A stretch of DNA of 64,000 nucleotides, from positions 1 to 64,000 of the forward strand of contig CDROCS010006010.1 in the NCBI GenBank assembly GCA_977020255.1, in the 5' to 3' direction. Source of the stretch: Obrimoposthia wandeli (lineage: Eukaryota). The notes below the pieces were generated by a model. That model was not told the DNA's origin. It saw only the letters and a list, made by a program, of their open reading frames with translations, and did no database searches. A program made the translations under genes and the position numbers. This document shows positions 11,674-22,113 of the stretch, piece after piece (the stretch's first letter is position 1; each line of letters begins with the position of its first letter).

Positions 11674-12318
11674 ATGGAGCTAAATAATAATGCTGTATTT
11701 CAAATAATTGGTCCCAGTGGAAGTGGAAAGACACATTTCGTATGTAAATTGTTGCAAAATGAATCTCTTTTCAAATGTAGTTTCAAACATATTTATTGGC
11801 ATCATAGTGGAGGAGGGGAAAGCGGATTAACCAAAACATAGGTTTGCAAGTTGAAGGGAATACAATTTATTGAAGGATTTGATGCAAATTGGTGTGAAAG
11901 ATTGAAAAAAGAAGATGTAATAATAATTGATGATTTGTATGAGGCTAACAAGGAATCGGACTTTAATAATTTATTTACAAAGATTGCAAGACATCGTGAA
12001 ATAACAGTTATATTTATCACTCAAAATCTGTTTCACCAAGGACGTCACTATAGAACAAGAAATCTTAATGTACATTACTTAGTTTTATTTAAAAATCCTA
12101 GAGATCAAACCGTTGTTGATTTTGTGGCCAGACAAGCATTTCCTCAAAATAAGAACTTTCTAGTTGATTCATTCCACGATGCTGCTAAACAAGCACATGG
12201 GTATATATTTATTGACTTTACACAAGCTTGCCCAGATGATTTACGTGTTTTAACAGACATATTTAATTCTAAGGGAGTAACTGTTTATAAACAAATAGAG
12301 AACAATTATAAAAAATAA
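11674..12318 (+). pseudogene. A32/FtsK-like DNA packaging ATPase with one in-frame stop
   Basis: ATG 11674, Walker A GPSGSGKT, Walker B IIIDDL, ITQN and FKNPRD motifs; TAG at 11839-11841. Confidence 0.95.
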
Positions 12319-12325
12319 ATTCGCA

Positions 12326-12466
12326 ATGCCTTTTACAAAGTTGATAGTAAAACGTAAAGTAAAATCTAAGAAATCAAAAAAAAGAATCATTAAGAAAAAA
12401 GAAGTGAAACAATTAATCAAATCTGTAGTTAAAAATAAAAAAAAACTTAAATGGCTTCGAATATAA
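12326..12466 (+). CDS. 46-aa Lys-rich basic peptide (candidate virion core/DNA-condensing protein)
   Basis: MPFTKLIVKRKVKSKKSKKRIIKKKEVKQLIKSVVKNKKKLKWLRI*, 21 of 46 residues K/R. Fills the gap between ATPase and pX-like; homolog at about 8590-8735. Confidence 0.55.
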   Translation: MPFTKLIVKRKVKSKKSKKRIIKKKEVKQLIKSVVKNKKKLKWLRI

Positions 12467-12497
12467 ACAATATTTAAATTAAACTTTTTTTATTAAA

Positions 12498-12827
12498 ATG
12501 AAGAAAATACAAAGAAGCATATCCTATTTTAAAGCTTTAGTCAAAGCCTCTTCTAATAAGAGAATGATTATTCTTAAAGCATTTCCATCCTTTGTTGTAG
12601 ATGATTTATTGGAAGTTTTGTATAATATAGTTTTGGGTCGAGTAAAAATTGGAAATCTGAAAAATATATTAAAGAAATATAGAAAAACTCTTCTAGATAT
12701 TGCTAATGTAAAAAGTAAAAAAAGGAAACGAAATATTATTCTTAAACAGAATGGTGGTTTCATAGGGGCTGTTATTCCAGTTGTTGCTTCAATTATCAGT
12801 AGTATTATAGCTGCGACACGTTCATAA
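12498..12827 (+). CDS. Conserved Maverick small structural protein resembling adenovirus pX (basic body, xGG cleavage site, hydrophobic tail)
   Basis: Intact 109 aa ending KQNGG|FIGAVIPVVASIISSII, comparable to adenoviral pX MRGG|ILPLLIPLIAAAI. Confidence 0.75.
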   Translation: MKKIQRSISYFKALVKASSNKRMIILKAFPSFVVDDLLEVLYNIVLGRVKIGNLKNILKKYRKTLLDIANVKSKKRKRNIILKQNGGFIGAVIPVVASIISSIIAATRS

Positions 12828-12913
12828 ACAATTATTTATAAAATCAGCTAAAGATATGGGTGCTAGCCCTTCTTTACCTAAATTTAAATTTTCTTTCAAT
12901 TCAAATTGTTGTA

Positions 12914-13937
12914 ATGGAGAAGATATGGTTCAATCCAAAAGATCCAATTGGCTACACAGGAGTTTTAAAATTAGCAAAAAGAACAAAACAAAATTACAAG
13001 AAAACGCAGAAATGGCTGAGCGACCAGTTAGCGTACAGTCTGAACAAGCCGATGAGAAGAAGGTTTTCAACTAGAGCTTACAAAACCAGCGGTCCTAATA
13101 ATTTATGGCAAATAGATTTGACGGAGATGATCCCATATTCTTCCATTAATAAGGGATATCGATATATTTTAACATGTATTGATGTATTTAGCAGGTTTGC
13201 TCGTGCAATTCCAGTAATAGCAAAGTCTTCAATATGCTTGAAGCCATTAAAGAAATATTAAAAGAGGACATTCCACAAAATGTGCAAACTGATTTAGGAA
13301 AAGAATTTTATAATAAGCAAATTCAATCATTATTTAAACAAAATAATATAAATCATTACTCTGTGTTTTCACAATACAAAGCAGCAGTAGTAGAAAGATT
13401 TAATCGTACTCTAAGAGATCGAATAAAAAGTATTTCACAAAAGAAGGAAATAAAAAATGGATCCAAGTTTTACCTAAAATAATACATGCATATAATCACT
13501 CTGAACATAGAGGTCTCAAGGGAATGAGACCTGTTGATGTTACTAATAAAAACTCTATGGACATTTGGATGAACAGGAATAAAAAAGAAAATATTAAAAA
13601 AGCTAAATATAAGAAAAACGAATATGTTCGAATTTCGAAAAATAGCTCTACTCCATTTATTAAAAACTTTGATCAGAATTGGAGCGATGAAATATTTTGT
13701 ATAAGTAAAATTGATCAAAAGAGTAATCCAATAATGTATACTATTAAAGATGCTGACAATAATATCGTTCACGGTAAATTTTACGAGCAAGAACTACAAG
13801 TAATATCAAATAAACCTAGCGTTTTCCGTATTCAAAAAATATTTAAATCTAAGGGTACAGGTAAACATAAACAATACTTTGTTAAATGGCATGGTTATTC
13901 AGACCCAACTTGGATATCAGCATCTAATATAATATGA
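12914..13937 (+). pseudogene. Retroviral-like (rve) integrase with C-terminal chromodomain; two frameshifts
   Basis: DDE motifs WQIDL, QTDLGKEF, VVERFNRTL; chromodomain YFVKWHGY. Split across ORFs 12860, 13234 and 13524. Confidence 0.95.
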
Positions 13938-14976
13938 AGTCTATGTATATGGTTTTACCTAGTAACGGATGTCCGAAGACTCAACCAGATAATTACGCTA
14001 GTAGCTTTATTATCGATTGGGAAGGAGAATGGGAAGCGGCTTTAATCAAATTTTCTTTTTATTATTCTCCAATTACTATCAGAAAAAACTCACATATTTC
14101 GTTTACAAAAGAAGTTGATCATGAAAAAGCAACTAAAGTTGTGATCATGTTTGATAGTAAAGGAAAATTCTTTTACAATTGTATAGATAAAGAAGTGAAA
14201 GTAATATATGAAAAAAACAAAGTCAGATTTAAAAATCGATCAAAACATTTTCAACCTATTCAAATTATATTCGAATCTGGAAGAGAAGCTCTTCAATTCG
14301 GTCTTGATAGTGGACATGTAGTAGGTATGAAGAGATCTGATATTGTCTCATCAAAATTGTTTAAAAATGTTCCTAGTAGAGTGGTAAGAGTGTTGTTAGT
14401 TGAAACGAGACCAAATACTGTAGTGGAACTGAAAATGTTTTCAAAAGATTATAAAATAGATAGTGAAGTGAATTTCTGTAAATTAATACAGAAGGAATGT
14501 AGTGAATATTTGGATAAATGTGAAACATTAAAAAATGGTAAAATAACGTTTACAGTAAAAAGCAATATAAAACGAGTTTCATTTGATGATAAAATCGCTA
14601 AAAACCTTGGTTTAAACAGAAATACCTTTGAAACCATACAATAAAAACCATAAAAGCTAAAAATAAGGCAAAACTTTTAAATGCTGTTAATCATTTATAT
14701 ATTTATACTAATTTAATAGAACCAACGCTTGTAGGAGGACAGCGAGTTCCACTTTTGAGAACAATATGGATATCTAAAAATGAAACTAAAGATGGTGACG
14801 CTGTCGGTATGTGTATAGATCAACCAATGTATCTTCCAGTTTCTCTCTTTTCTATAAACAATATTGAAGTAAATATTAGAGATGATTCCGGACAACTAAT
14901 AGATTTCACGTACGGGGCCAAGACAAGTTTAACAATACATTTAAGAATACAAAATGACGAATCTAGCAATAATTGA
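13934..14976 (+). pseudogene. Minor capsid protein (penton-like, single jelly-roll), frameshifted
   Basis: N-terminal YMVLPSN...DN..SSF..WEAAL and C-terminal YTNLIEPTLVGGQRVPLLR...MYLPV...IEVNIRDDSGQLIDF...LTIHLR motifs. Confidence 0.85.
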
Positions 14977-15320
14977 GGCTTATAGTCAAAGCCAACAAAG
15001 TGGAGAATTACCATATTTTGTTGGCAAACAATATGGATCTGGCTGGCTTAGAACATTAGGTAGATATTTAAAAGAGACTCGGACATTTTATATCAAAATT
15101 AGGAAAGGATTACCTTTCGTCTAATGACAATAAACTAATACCAACTTTTAAGAAGCATGGGCTTGATGAACTTGATAATGTTTAACCTGAAGTTGCTAAT
15201 TTGATTAGAAAACGTAAATCAAATAAAAGACAAGGAGGTAGTGGATTTAAAAGTAAAAAGAAGCAAAAAATTAATATAAACAAACGTAAGAAAGTTGAAG
15301 GAACAATATTTGCAAAATGA
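14954..15320 (+). pseudogene. pVI/cupiennin-like amphipathic protein upstream of the capsid gene, frameshifted
   Basis: ELPYFVGKQYGSGWLRTLGR...KRQGGSGFKSKK...GTIFAK*; its TGA overlaps the capsid ATG. Confidence 0.65.
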
Positions 15321-16546
15321 GTTGCGCCAAAACCGAATTGTGTATTTTTGATAAACCACTTCCACAAGTAGTTGTAGATAATACTTCCTTTGAAGAAATA
15401 TTTCTAGTTAACTCACTTTCAGGAACCACTTTAACCGAATTAGAATTTAATATGAATGGTTCCAATAGCGAGTATTTAGATTTGAATGATACTTTGCTTT
15501 ATATTCAAATAAAAGTATTAAAACGGGATGTTACTAATTTAGATGAAAATGCCGATGTAACACCTGTAAATTATCTCTTTAATTCTTTATTTAGTGATGC
15601 CATTGTTACTCTTAATAATGTCAAAATTGAAGGTGGAAATTCTTCCTATGCTCATAAAGCTTTGATTGAAAGTCTTTTGAATTATAGTACTGATACTCAA
15701 AATACTAATTTGGCAACCATTGGTTATGATAAAACGGTCGCAACTCGCAAAGAATCGATTACAGGTTCTAAAGCTTACGAAATGTGTGGGTCTTTGAGAT
15801 TGAATTTCTTTGAATAACCGAAATATTTAATTCCTGGTGTTAATGTACATCTTCGTTTGAAACTTAATAAATGGCATTTTTCTTTGATAAGCACAGACGT
15901 TCTAAAACCTAGACTTGATATTTTGAATGCAAAATTGTATGTTCGAAGAGTTAAAACCGAGCAATCAGTTTTAATGGCACATAATATAGGAATGGAAAAA
16001 AACAATGCTTATTATCCTATTAGAGAAACTAAACTTATATCTTATTCTTTAGGTACGGGTACACAAGCTTTTAATAAGGATCAGATTTTTGGTGATGTAA
16101 GATTACCGAAATTCATTTTAATTTCTTTTCAAAAAACTGCAAAGTATCTAGGAAATTATACGACAGATGCACCTCAATTTGACAATCTTTATGTAGGTTC
16201 AGTGACACTTTCAAGAAATACTGATTATCGCAAAACATATAAAACAGATTTCGAAGGTAATGCTTATGCTTTGGCTTATACGCAATCTATTATTCGGAAT
16301 TTGGGCCAACTAGATAAAAATATAAACAATGGTATTTCTTTCACTGAGTTTAAAAGTAGCTGCCAGTTCTTCACATTCGTTTTGGCACCAGACTTTGATA
16401 TAAACCAATGCCAACTACCAAAGGATGGAAATTTACGACTAGAATTTAAGTTCAATGCAGCTTTAACACATCCTACTACGGTGCTTATTTATGGAGTGTT
16501 TGATTCCGAAATACAAATCAATAAAAACAGAACTGTCATATTATAG
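15317..16546 (+). pseudogene. Major capsid protein (double jelly-roll, hexon-like) with one in-frame stop
   Basis: MSCAKTELCIF...EF.MNGS.SEYLDLNDTLLY motif. TAA at 15815-15817, then the same frame continues (PKYLIPGVNVHLRL...FTFVLAPD...GNLRLEFKF). Confidence 0.93.
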
Positions 16547-16547
16547 A

Positions 16548-16938
16548 ATGAAGTAAGACATTTTTTAAATTTATATTTATTAATTTTTATTTAGTTCAGT
16601 ATAAGTATAAGAATCAGCAGAGAAGGTCCTGGGTGATAAATTCAATGGAGTTTATCCTATTGATATGAATCCAATTTTTCAATATGGAGGTTACACTATC
16701 AATACTCATACTTCGAATTAAACAGAAGAACATTGGATAGCTATTTATGTTAGAGAGTGGACAATACATGTATTTGATCCACTTGCAATGTATTATCCAC
16801 AAAACTCGTTTCAACTATTCAAAAAGGACGAAGAAGAGTATTTTACAACAAGATACAATATCAGGATCCTGAGACGAGAAACTGTGGACATTTATGTATT
16901 TTATAGTTATCGTTGCAAAACGATTAGTGTGTTATAAA
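16548..16938 (+). pseudogene. Adenain-like cysteine protease with a 42-nt intron (16553-16594), disrupted
   Basis: ATG AA|GTAAGA...TTTAG|T gives MNS... Catalytic motifs EHW, FDP and Q...NCG are present across stops and a frameshift. Confidence 0.85.
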
Positions 16939-17178
16939 AATAAATATTTTTAATTTTTTTTTAAATCCCTAAAAATATAAGGGTAAAATAATAAAAGACA
17001 TTAGACGAAATTTCTTTTTAATACATTTATTAAAAACAACATCACAGTGAGATCTATCAGCAAAGATAAGGTCCATCCTAAAAAATGTATTGAAATAACA
17101 AAAAGTTAGAGTCAAGGTGCCATAGGGATCTAAAATTTTAAAAAACTAATCTAAAAAAATTCAAAAAATGAAAACCGT

Positions 17179-17694
17179 TTAAATTCTGAAGTGTCCATAA
17201 GCCAGGCTAACGTTTTTTTCTACCCAAAAGCGCTTGTCGTCATTACTACTCAAAGTGATTTTGGTTGATTTATGGGAATACAGTTGATGGGCTCTTGAAA
17301 TAAATCTAGTTTGCTCAACACTTTCAATACACCCAGTATCGTAAACTTTCCGGTAGGTCTCATGTGTAAAATTGTTTCTTCCCACACCCTTTGCTTTCAT
17401 TGAACATGTATTATTAGATGCATGTAAACTGTAGCATTTAGGGCGTAGGAAAATACAATCATCATACGAAACCTGTCCCTCGCTTTCATCCTTAAATTTC
17501 CCGATAATATCCTTTAAACTCATAGAATGTAGAGGATGGTTAGCGGGATATTTATGGGTATCTAATAAGTTGTCCCTAAACATTGCCGGTAATAATTGAT
17601 TATATAAACTAACATTCCTGTATTCTAAAAAGAAAGAGTCAGTGTCAGTGTAAACGGGTTGAATCACTGCCACTGGAATTGGAGCAGGTGAGGC
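17179..17694 (-). pseudogene. pPolB C-terminal fragment (motif C to thumb)
   Basis: YTDTDSFF, GKFKDE, FLRPKCYS, KAKGV, DDKR motifs. The exonuclease and N-terminal regions are absent. Confidence 0.92.
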
Positions 17695-18194
17695 CTATGA
17701 ATCGCGCACCAATTGCACGATATCCCTCTTCTTGTTGTTGGCCGTGAAACAGGATAGGTGAACTCGATGTTCAAGAAAGAAGTCTCGAAACTCCTTCTCC
17801 TCCATTGTTCTGCAGAAGATACAGACGAATAATTGAAGCCCGCGAGACTTTGTCCGATAGTAGGCGGACATTATCTCCATGCAGGTCTCTCCTCCATGCA
17901 AAGCCGAAGCACCACAATATGCTGGAAACAGGATACAAGTAATATGAAATAATAAATATTAATAAAGAAATAATAAGTATAGATTCTTACCATAGTCATT
18001 ATTTCAAATAGTCGGGGATTTTAATGAAGAAAGTGTTTGCTTATATACTAAAATTTATGCACACATGCTCTTTTCCTATTGGATTAAAAAATTGAATTTT
18101 ATTAAGAAGGATTGTTTATCTGTTAAATGGTCGAAAAAAAAAATTTTATTCCTCCAATCAAAAGAATTATTTGTAATTGAATTAGAAGAATTGT

Positions 18195-18683
18195 TTATCT
18201 ACATGTCAAGTAATAATAAGATAGACTTAAACATTTTTTATATGCGTAATGGTCACCATGATTACGATATGGACAGCAAATATTTCCTGGAATTTTTAAT
18301 AGATGATCACGTGAAATATTTAAAGTATTCAACCTCAATTTGGGAAAATAATTTTTTAAAGTCTTATACTTTTTGCCATTTATTTCATCTAAAACATAAA
18401 AAATTCCATTTTAAATATCAAAATTATATTTTATTGTTTCGAAAATGCATATTTCACAAAAAGCCATATGTCCTTCTTTCCATTTTAATAAATGAAAATA
18501 ATTAGTTAGATATAAATTAGTAAATTTTTTCTTATAATCTAAACTTTTAAACGGGATATATATTTGAAATATGAAATGCAAAGGATTAAAAATGTTGCAT
18601 ACATCCATAATACATAATTCTTTTATAATATAATCACCATTTTTGTTAATGAAAGCCTCAAAATCTATGATATATTCCTGCAT
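18195..18683 (-). pseudogene. Maverick accessory gene with DEDD-nuclease-like N-terminus and Cys/His C-terminus, frameshifted
   Basis: IIDFEAF...IIKEL, then in another frame FYVLDEINGKK...ICCPYRNHGDH(Y/C)AYKKC*. Homologs at 32527-33015 and 59485-59690. Confidence 0.65.
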
Positions 18684-18867
18684 AATTATCTAAATTTGCA
18701 GCAAATCCCGTTGTTTATAACGAAAATAATCATTAATCAAAAATTTATTAAAATAACAAAGTACTCAGGATTCAGTCTTTCATGTTAATATTGGTATATA
18801 TTGTCAATTCTCTTATGAATATTAAAATAAATTATATTAAATGTAAACATACCTAAATATTTCGAAA

Positions 18868-19050
18868 TTAAATTACATAATTTATCTCCAACAATTTCCA
18901 CAGTATCATTTTCTGAAAAGTAATTTTTTTATAATCTTCCATTAAATCTGGAGATAATTTTATGTATAACTTATTCCAATTTTTATTATCCATTTTACAA
19001 AATACATTATATATAATTTTGTTTATATTTAGACAATAATGTAACATAAT
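18868..19050 (-). CDS. Small Maverick hypothetical ORF
   Basis: Open in both duplicate copies (33200-33406); function unknown. Confidence 0.35.
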   Translation of the reverse strand: MMLHYCLNINKIIYNVFCKMDNKNWNKLYIKLSPDLMEDYKKITFQKMILWKLLEINYVI

Positions 19051-19078
19051 CAATAAAGAAAAAATAATAATCAAAATT

Positions 19079-19384
19079 TTATTTTTTTGTAGAAGGACCC
19101 TCTTCCGGTTTAATCTGGAGTATTCTCTTTCTTGCAGTACGCCGAACATCCTCCATCTCTTCTCTTCTTTTTTCATCCACCTTCCTTTTTTCCATTTCGA
19201 TCTTCTTATTCCATTCCACGATGCGACGTCGTTCTGCAAGCCTCCTATCTTGTATATCCACCCGACGATTCCACTCGGTCGCGACAGCAGTATACAGATT
19301 CTGATTAAGGACCCTCTTTCTTAAGTCCCCTTTCTTCTCATTTATTCTGATGTTTGCTTCAATCTTCGTCACCAGACTCTTCAT
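19079..19384 (-). CDS. Charged coiled-coil-like Maverick protein (101 aa)
   Basis: Intact in both copies (33412-33717); E/K/R-rich helical composition. Confidence 0.6.
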   Translation of the reverse strand: MKSLVTKIEANIRINEKKGDLRKRVLNQNLYTAVATEWNRRVDIQDRRLAERRRIVEWNKKIEMEKRKVDEKRREEMEDVRRTARKRILQIKPEEGPSTKK

Positions 19385-19616
19385 TTTAATGAATTCATTT
19401 TTTAATTATGAAGAGGTTAATAAATTTGAACCTATATATATAAATTTAAGATATTTTTTAATCTAATTAAACTATATATTTTTATTTATCAAATGAGTGT
19501 TTAATAAATATATAACTTATCATTGCATTTAAACCTAATAAACTTAAAGATAGTATTTTAATATTTCTAAATTTAAATTTTTTTAAAAATAAATTTTAAG
19601 AAGAAAAGACATGAAA

Positions 19617-20820
19617 TTAATTTTTATAAATTATATTCTTAAACATCTTTACGAAGTCATCATTAGGATCATCCGGATCGAAATCCCTCCGACTAAGTAT
19701 TATTGGAGAAAGCGGTACTGGCTCTTTCTTCTTTGGCCGTCCTGGTTTCTTTTTCGGCTTCACAGGTTGTTGTACAGCAATTGTCCTTATCTCAGGTTAG
19801 CAACCTTTGGGAGGAGGTGCAGCCGATGTTGAGGGCCCCGACATAGAAGTCCTCTTCCGTGGGGCTTTCTTCTGTTTCTCCTCCTTCTCACGCTGAAGCT
19901 GGCGTGAAACGGCATCCTGTTGCCCTCGCGAATCTTGAAGCATTGCCGGTGTATACTGTTCCGCCAGGAATTCATCCAACCCAGCTTCATCCCAGGCCCT
20001 CTTCAAGTTCTGACTGGTTGTTGGAGATGCAGTCTCCCAAGCCTTGGTCAAATTTGATGTCTCCTGTAGGCGTCGTTGACTTGACGGTGGACTAATCTCG
20101 ATCGGTGAGACTGAGATCCTCTCGTATAGAATTGGCCCGTCGTCCACTGGAGATGAGAGAATATCCTGCCGTCCAATCACCGTCTCAGAAGAATGTTGAA
20201 TTGAGGTGCTACATTTTCTCGAGCGCTTCGTCTTCTTCACTTCTGCTCGCTTCGTCCGTTTCTTGGGGAAAAGAGTAATTTCTCCCCATGTCTCCTCAAT
20301 TATCTGGACGGGTTCCTGCAAAATATTAATAAAATTTAAATAAATAAATAATTTACCTCAATGACGGGCAGGTTAGCCTGTTTCACCAACTTGGCCTTCT
20401 TCCGAGTGTGGGTTTTGACCCTATGGCGTTGTGGTTTCTTAACTGCCGCTTGCTTCCTATCCACCGGTTGAATAGGCGTCGGCTCTTCGTGGATGTTTTC
20501 CATCTATGTGAATTATTAAATTTAATATCTAAATAATTTACATTAAAATTATCTGGAGACGCTAGGTATCGGAGCTGACTCCTGAATCCTTGGTTCTTCT
20601 CTTGGAGTTGAGCTGGCCAATGAGGCTTCTTCTTCCAACAGGTTCGCTCTTGCTGCTGCTTTTCCTTCGCTCACCACCGATGAGTCTTGACTATCTAAGT
20701 CAATGTATTGCAACGGTGGTGGCGTTTGCTGCTGCACTGGAAAGAGATCCCCATAGAGTTGAACATCCGAAGGGGCGGGTGGTGTAGGTTTTGGGTATGA
20801 CACGGGTCGTCTACAAGTGT
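19617..20820 (-). pseudogene. Intron-containing, disordered Maverick protein with a C-terminal AT-hook
   Basis: The 41-nt GT-AG intron 20316-20356 joins ...LPVIE|EPVQII in frame. Candidate 38-nt intron at 20504-20541. KKKPGRPKKK at about 19725-19755, reached via a frameshift. Confidence 0.6.
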
Positions 20821-20829
20821 AGTCACCCA

Positions 20830-21900
20830 CCACCCACCGACTTACACCTACCACCCACCGACTTTCACCCAACACCCATCGACTTTCACCCACCACCCAA
20901 CACCCACCGACTTTCAACCACCACTCATTGACTTACACCAACCACCCACCTACTTTCACTCATCACCCACCGACTTATACCTACCACCCACCGACTTTCA
21001 CCCAACACCCATCGACTTTCACCCACCACCCAACACCCACCGACTTTCACCCACCACTCATTGACTTACACCTACCACCCACGACTTACACCCACCACCC
21101 ACCAATTTATCCCCACCACCCACCGACTTTCACCCATCACCCAACGACTTTCACCCATCACCCACCGACTTACACCCATCACCCAACGACTTTCACCCAA
21201 CACCCACCGACTTTCACCCAACACCCCCGACTTTCACCCACCACCCAACACCCGTCAACTTTCACCCATCACCCACCGACTTTCACCCATCACCCAACGA
21301 CTTTCCGCCAACATCCAACGACTTTCACCCAACACCCACCGACTTTCATCCACCACCCCCGACTTTCACCCACCACCCAAAACCCGTCGACTTTCACCCA
21401 TCACCCACCGACTTTCACCCATCACCCAACGACTTTCACCCATCACCCACCGACTTACACCCATCACCCAACGACTTTCACCCAACACCCACCGACTTTC
21501 ACCCAACACCCCCGACTTTCACCCACCACCCAACACCCGTCAACTTTCACCCATCACCCACCGACTTTCACCCATCACCCAACGACTTTCAGCCAACATC
21601 CAACGACTTTCACCCAACACCCACCGACTTTCACCCACCACCCCGACTTTCACCCACCACCCAAAACCCGTCGACTTTCACCCATCACCCACCGACTTTC
21701 ACCCATCACCCAACCGACTTTCACCCATCACCCAACGACTTTCACCCAACGACTTTCACCCAACACCCACCGACTTTCACCCAACACCCCCGACTTTCAC
21801 CCACCACCCAACACCCGTCAACTTTCACCCATCACCCACCGACTTTCACCCATCACCCAACGACTTTCAGCCAACATCCAACGACTTACACCCACCGTCT
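20830..21900. repeat. C/A-rich subterminal minisatellite (about 21-bp unit, CACCCACCGACTTTCACCC core)
   Basis: Direct inspection; about 450 bp in the duplicate copy (35165-35615). Confidence 0.95.
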
Positions 21901-21970
21901 AACACCCAACACCCATGGAAATATGTGATATTGGCTCCATCCGAAAGGCGCGAAAAATGTTTTTGGGACC

Positions 21971-22113
21971 CCCCCTTGTCCTTTAAAACCGTGCATGTGT
22001 GTGGAGCAAAATTTCACTCCACACACCTACAGGAAATTTTACTCCACACACTTGCACGGTTTTATAGGACAGAGGGGAAGGGGTGAGGATTAGACCAGAC
22101 ACATCCACCTACT
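21971..22113 (-). repeat. Right TIR of the Maverick with an internal hairpin
   Basis: Ends ...CATCCACCTACT, followed by the TSD. Two arms of about 37 bp (21978-22014 and 22034-22070) are reverse complements. Confidence 0.9.

Larger units (their letters stand above)
9683..22113 (+). mobile_element. Maverick/Polinton (adintovirus-like) endogenous element, 12,431 bp, non-autonomous (PolB mostly deleted)
   Basis: Termini AGTAGGTGGATGTGTC(C/T)GGTCTAATCC (9683) and its reverse complement (ends 22113). Perfect 6-bp TSD AGCTTC at 9677-9682 and 22114-22119. Hallmark ATPase, integrase, penton, major capsid, protease and pPolB genes inside. Confidence 0.95.

Noticed and set aside
15815-17697. Several stops that look like CAA/CAG to TAA/TAG changes, suggesting targeted deamination
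   Set aside because: Too few events and ancestral codons only inferred; ordinary AT-biased mutation explains them.
18065-18505. 146-aa plus-strand ORF (also 32397-32708)
   Set aside because: Antisense to the conserved DEDD-like/Cys-His gene; compositionally an AT-rich shadow.
20830-21900. Possible CRISPR array or telomeric repeat (also considered for the 22-, 39- and 66-bp arrays)
   Set aside because: No unique spacers, no cas genes, eukaryotic context, and units are not simple telomeric hexamers.
20928-22086. His/Pro/Thr-rich ORFs (also 35265-35645)
   Set aside because: Translations of the C/A-rich minisatellite; open in several frames only because the unit lacks stops.
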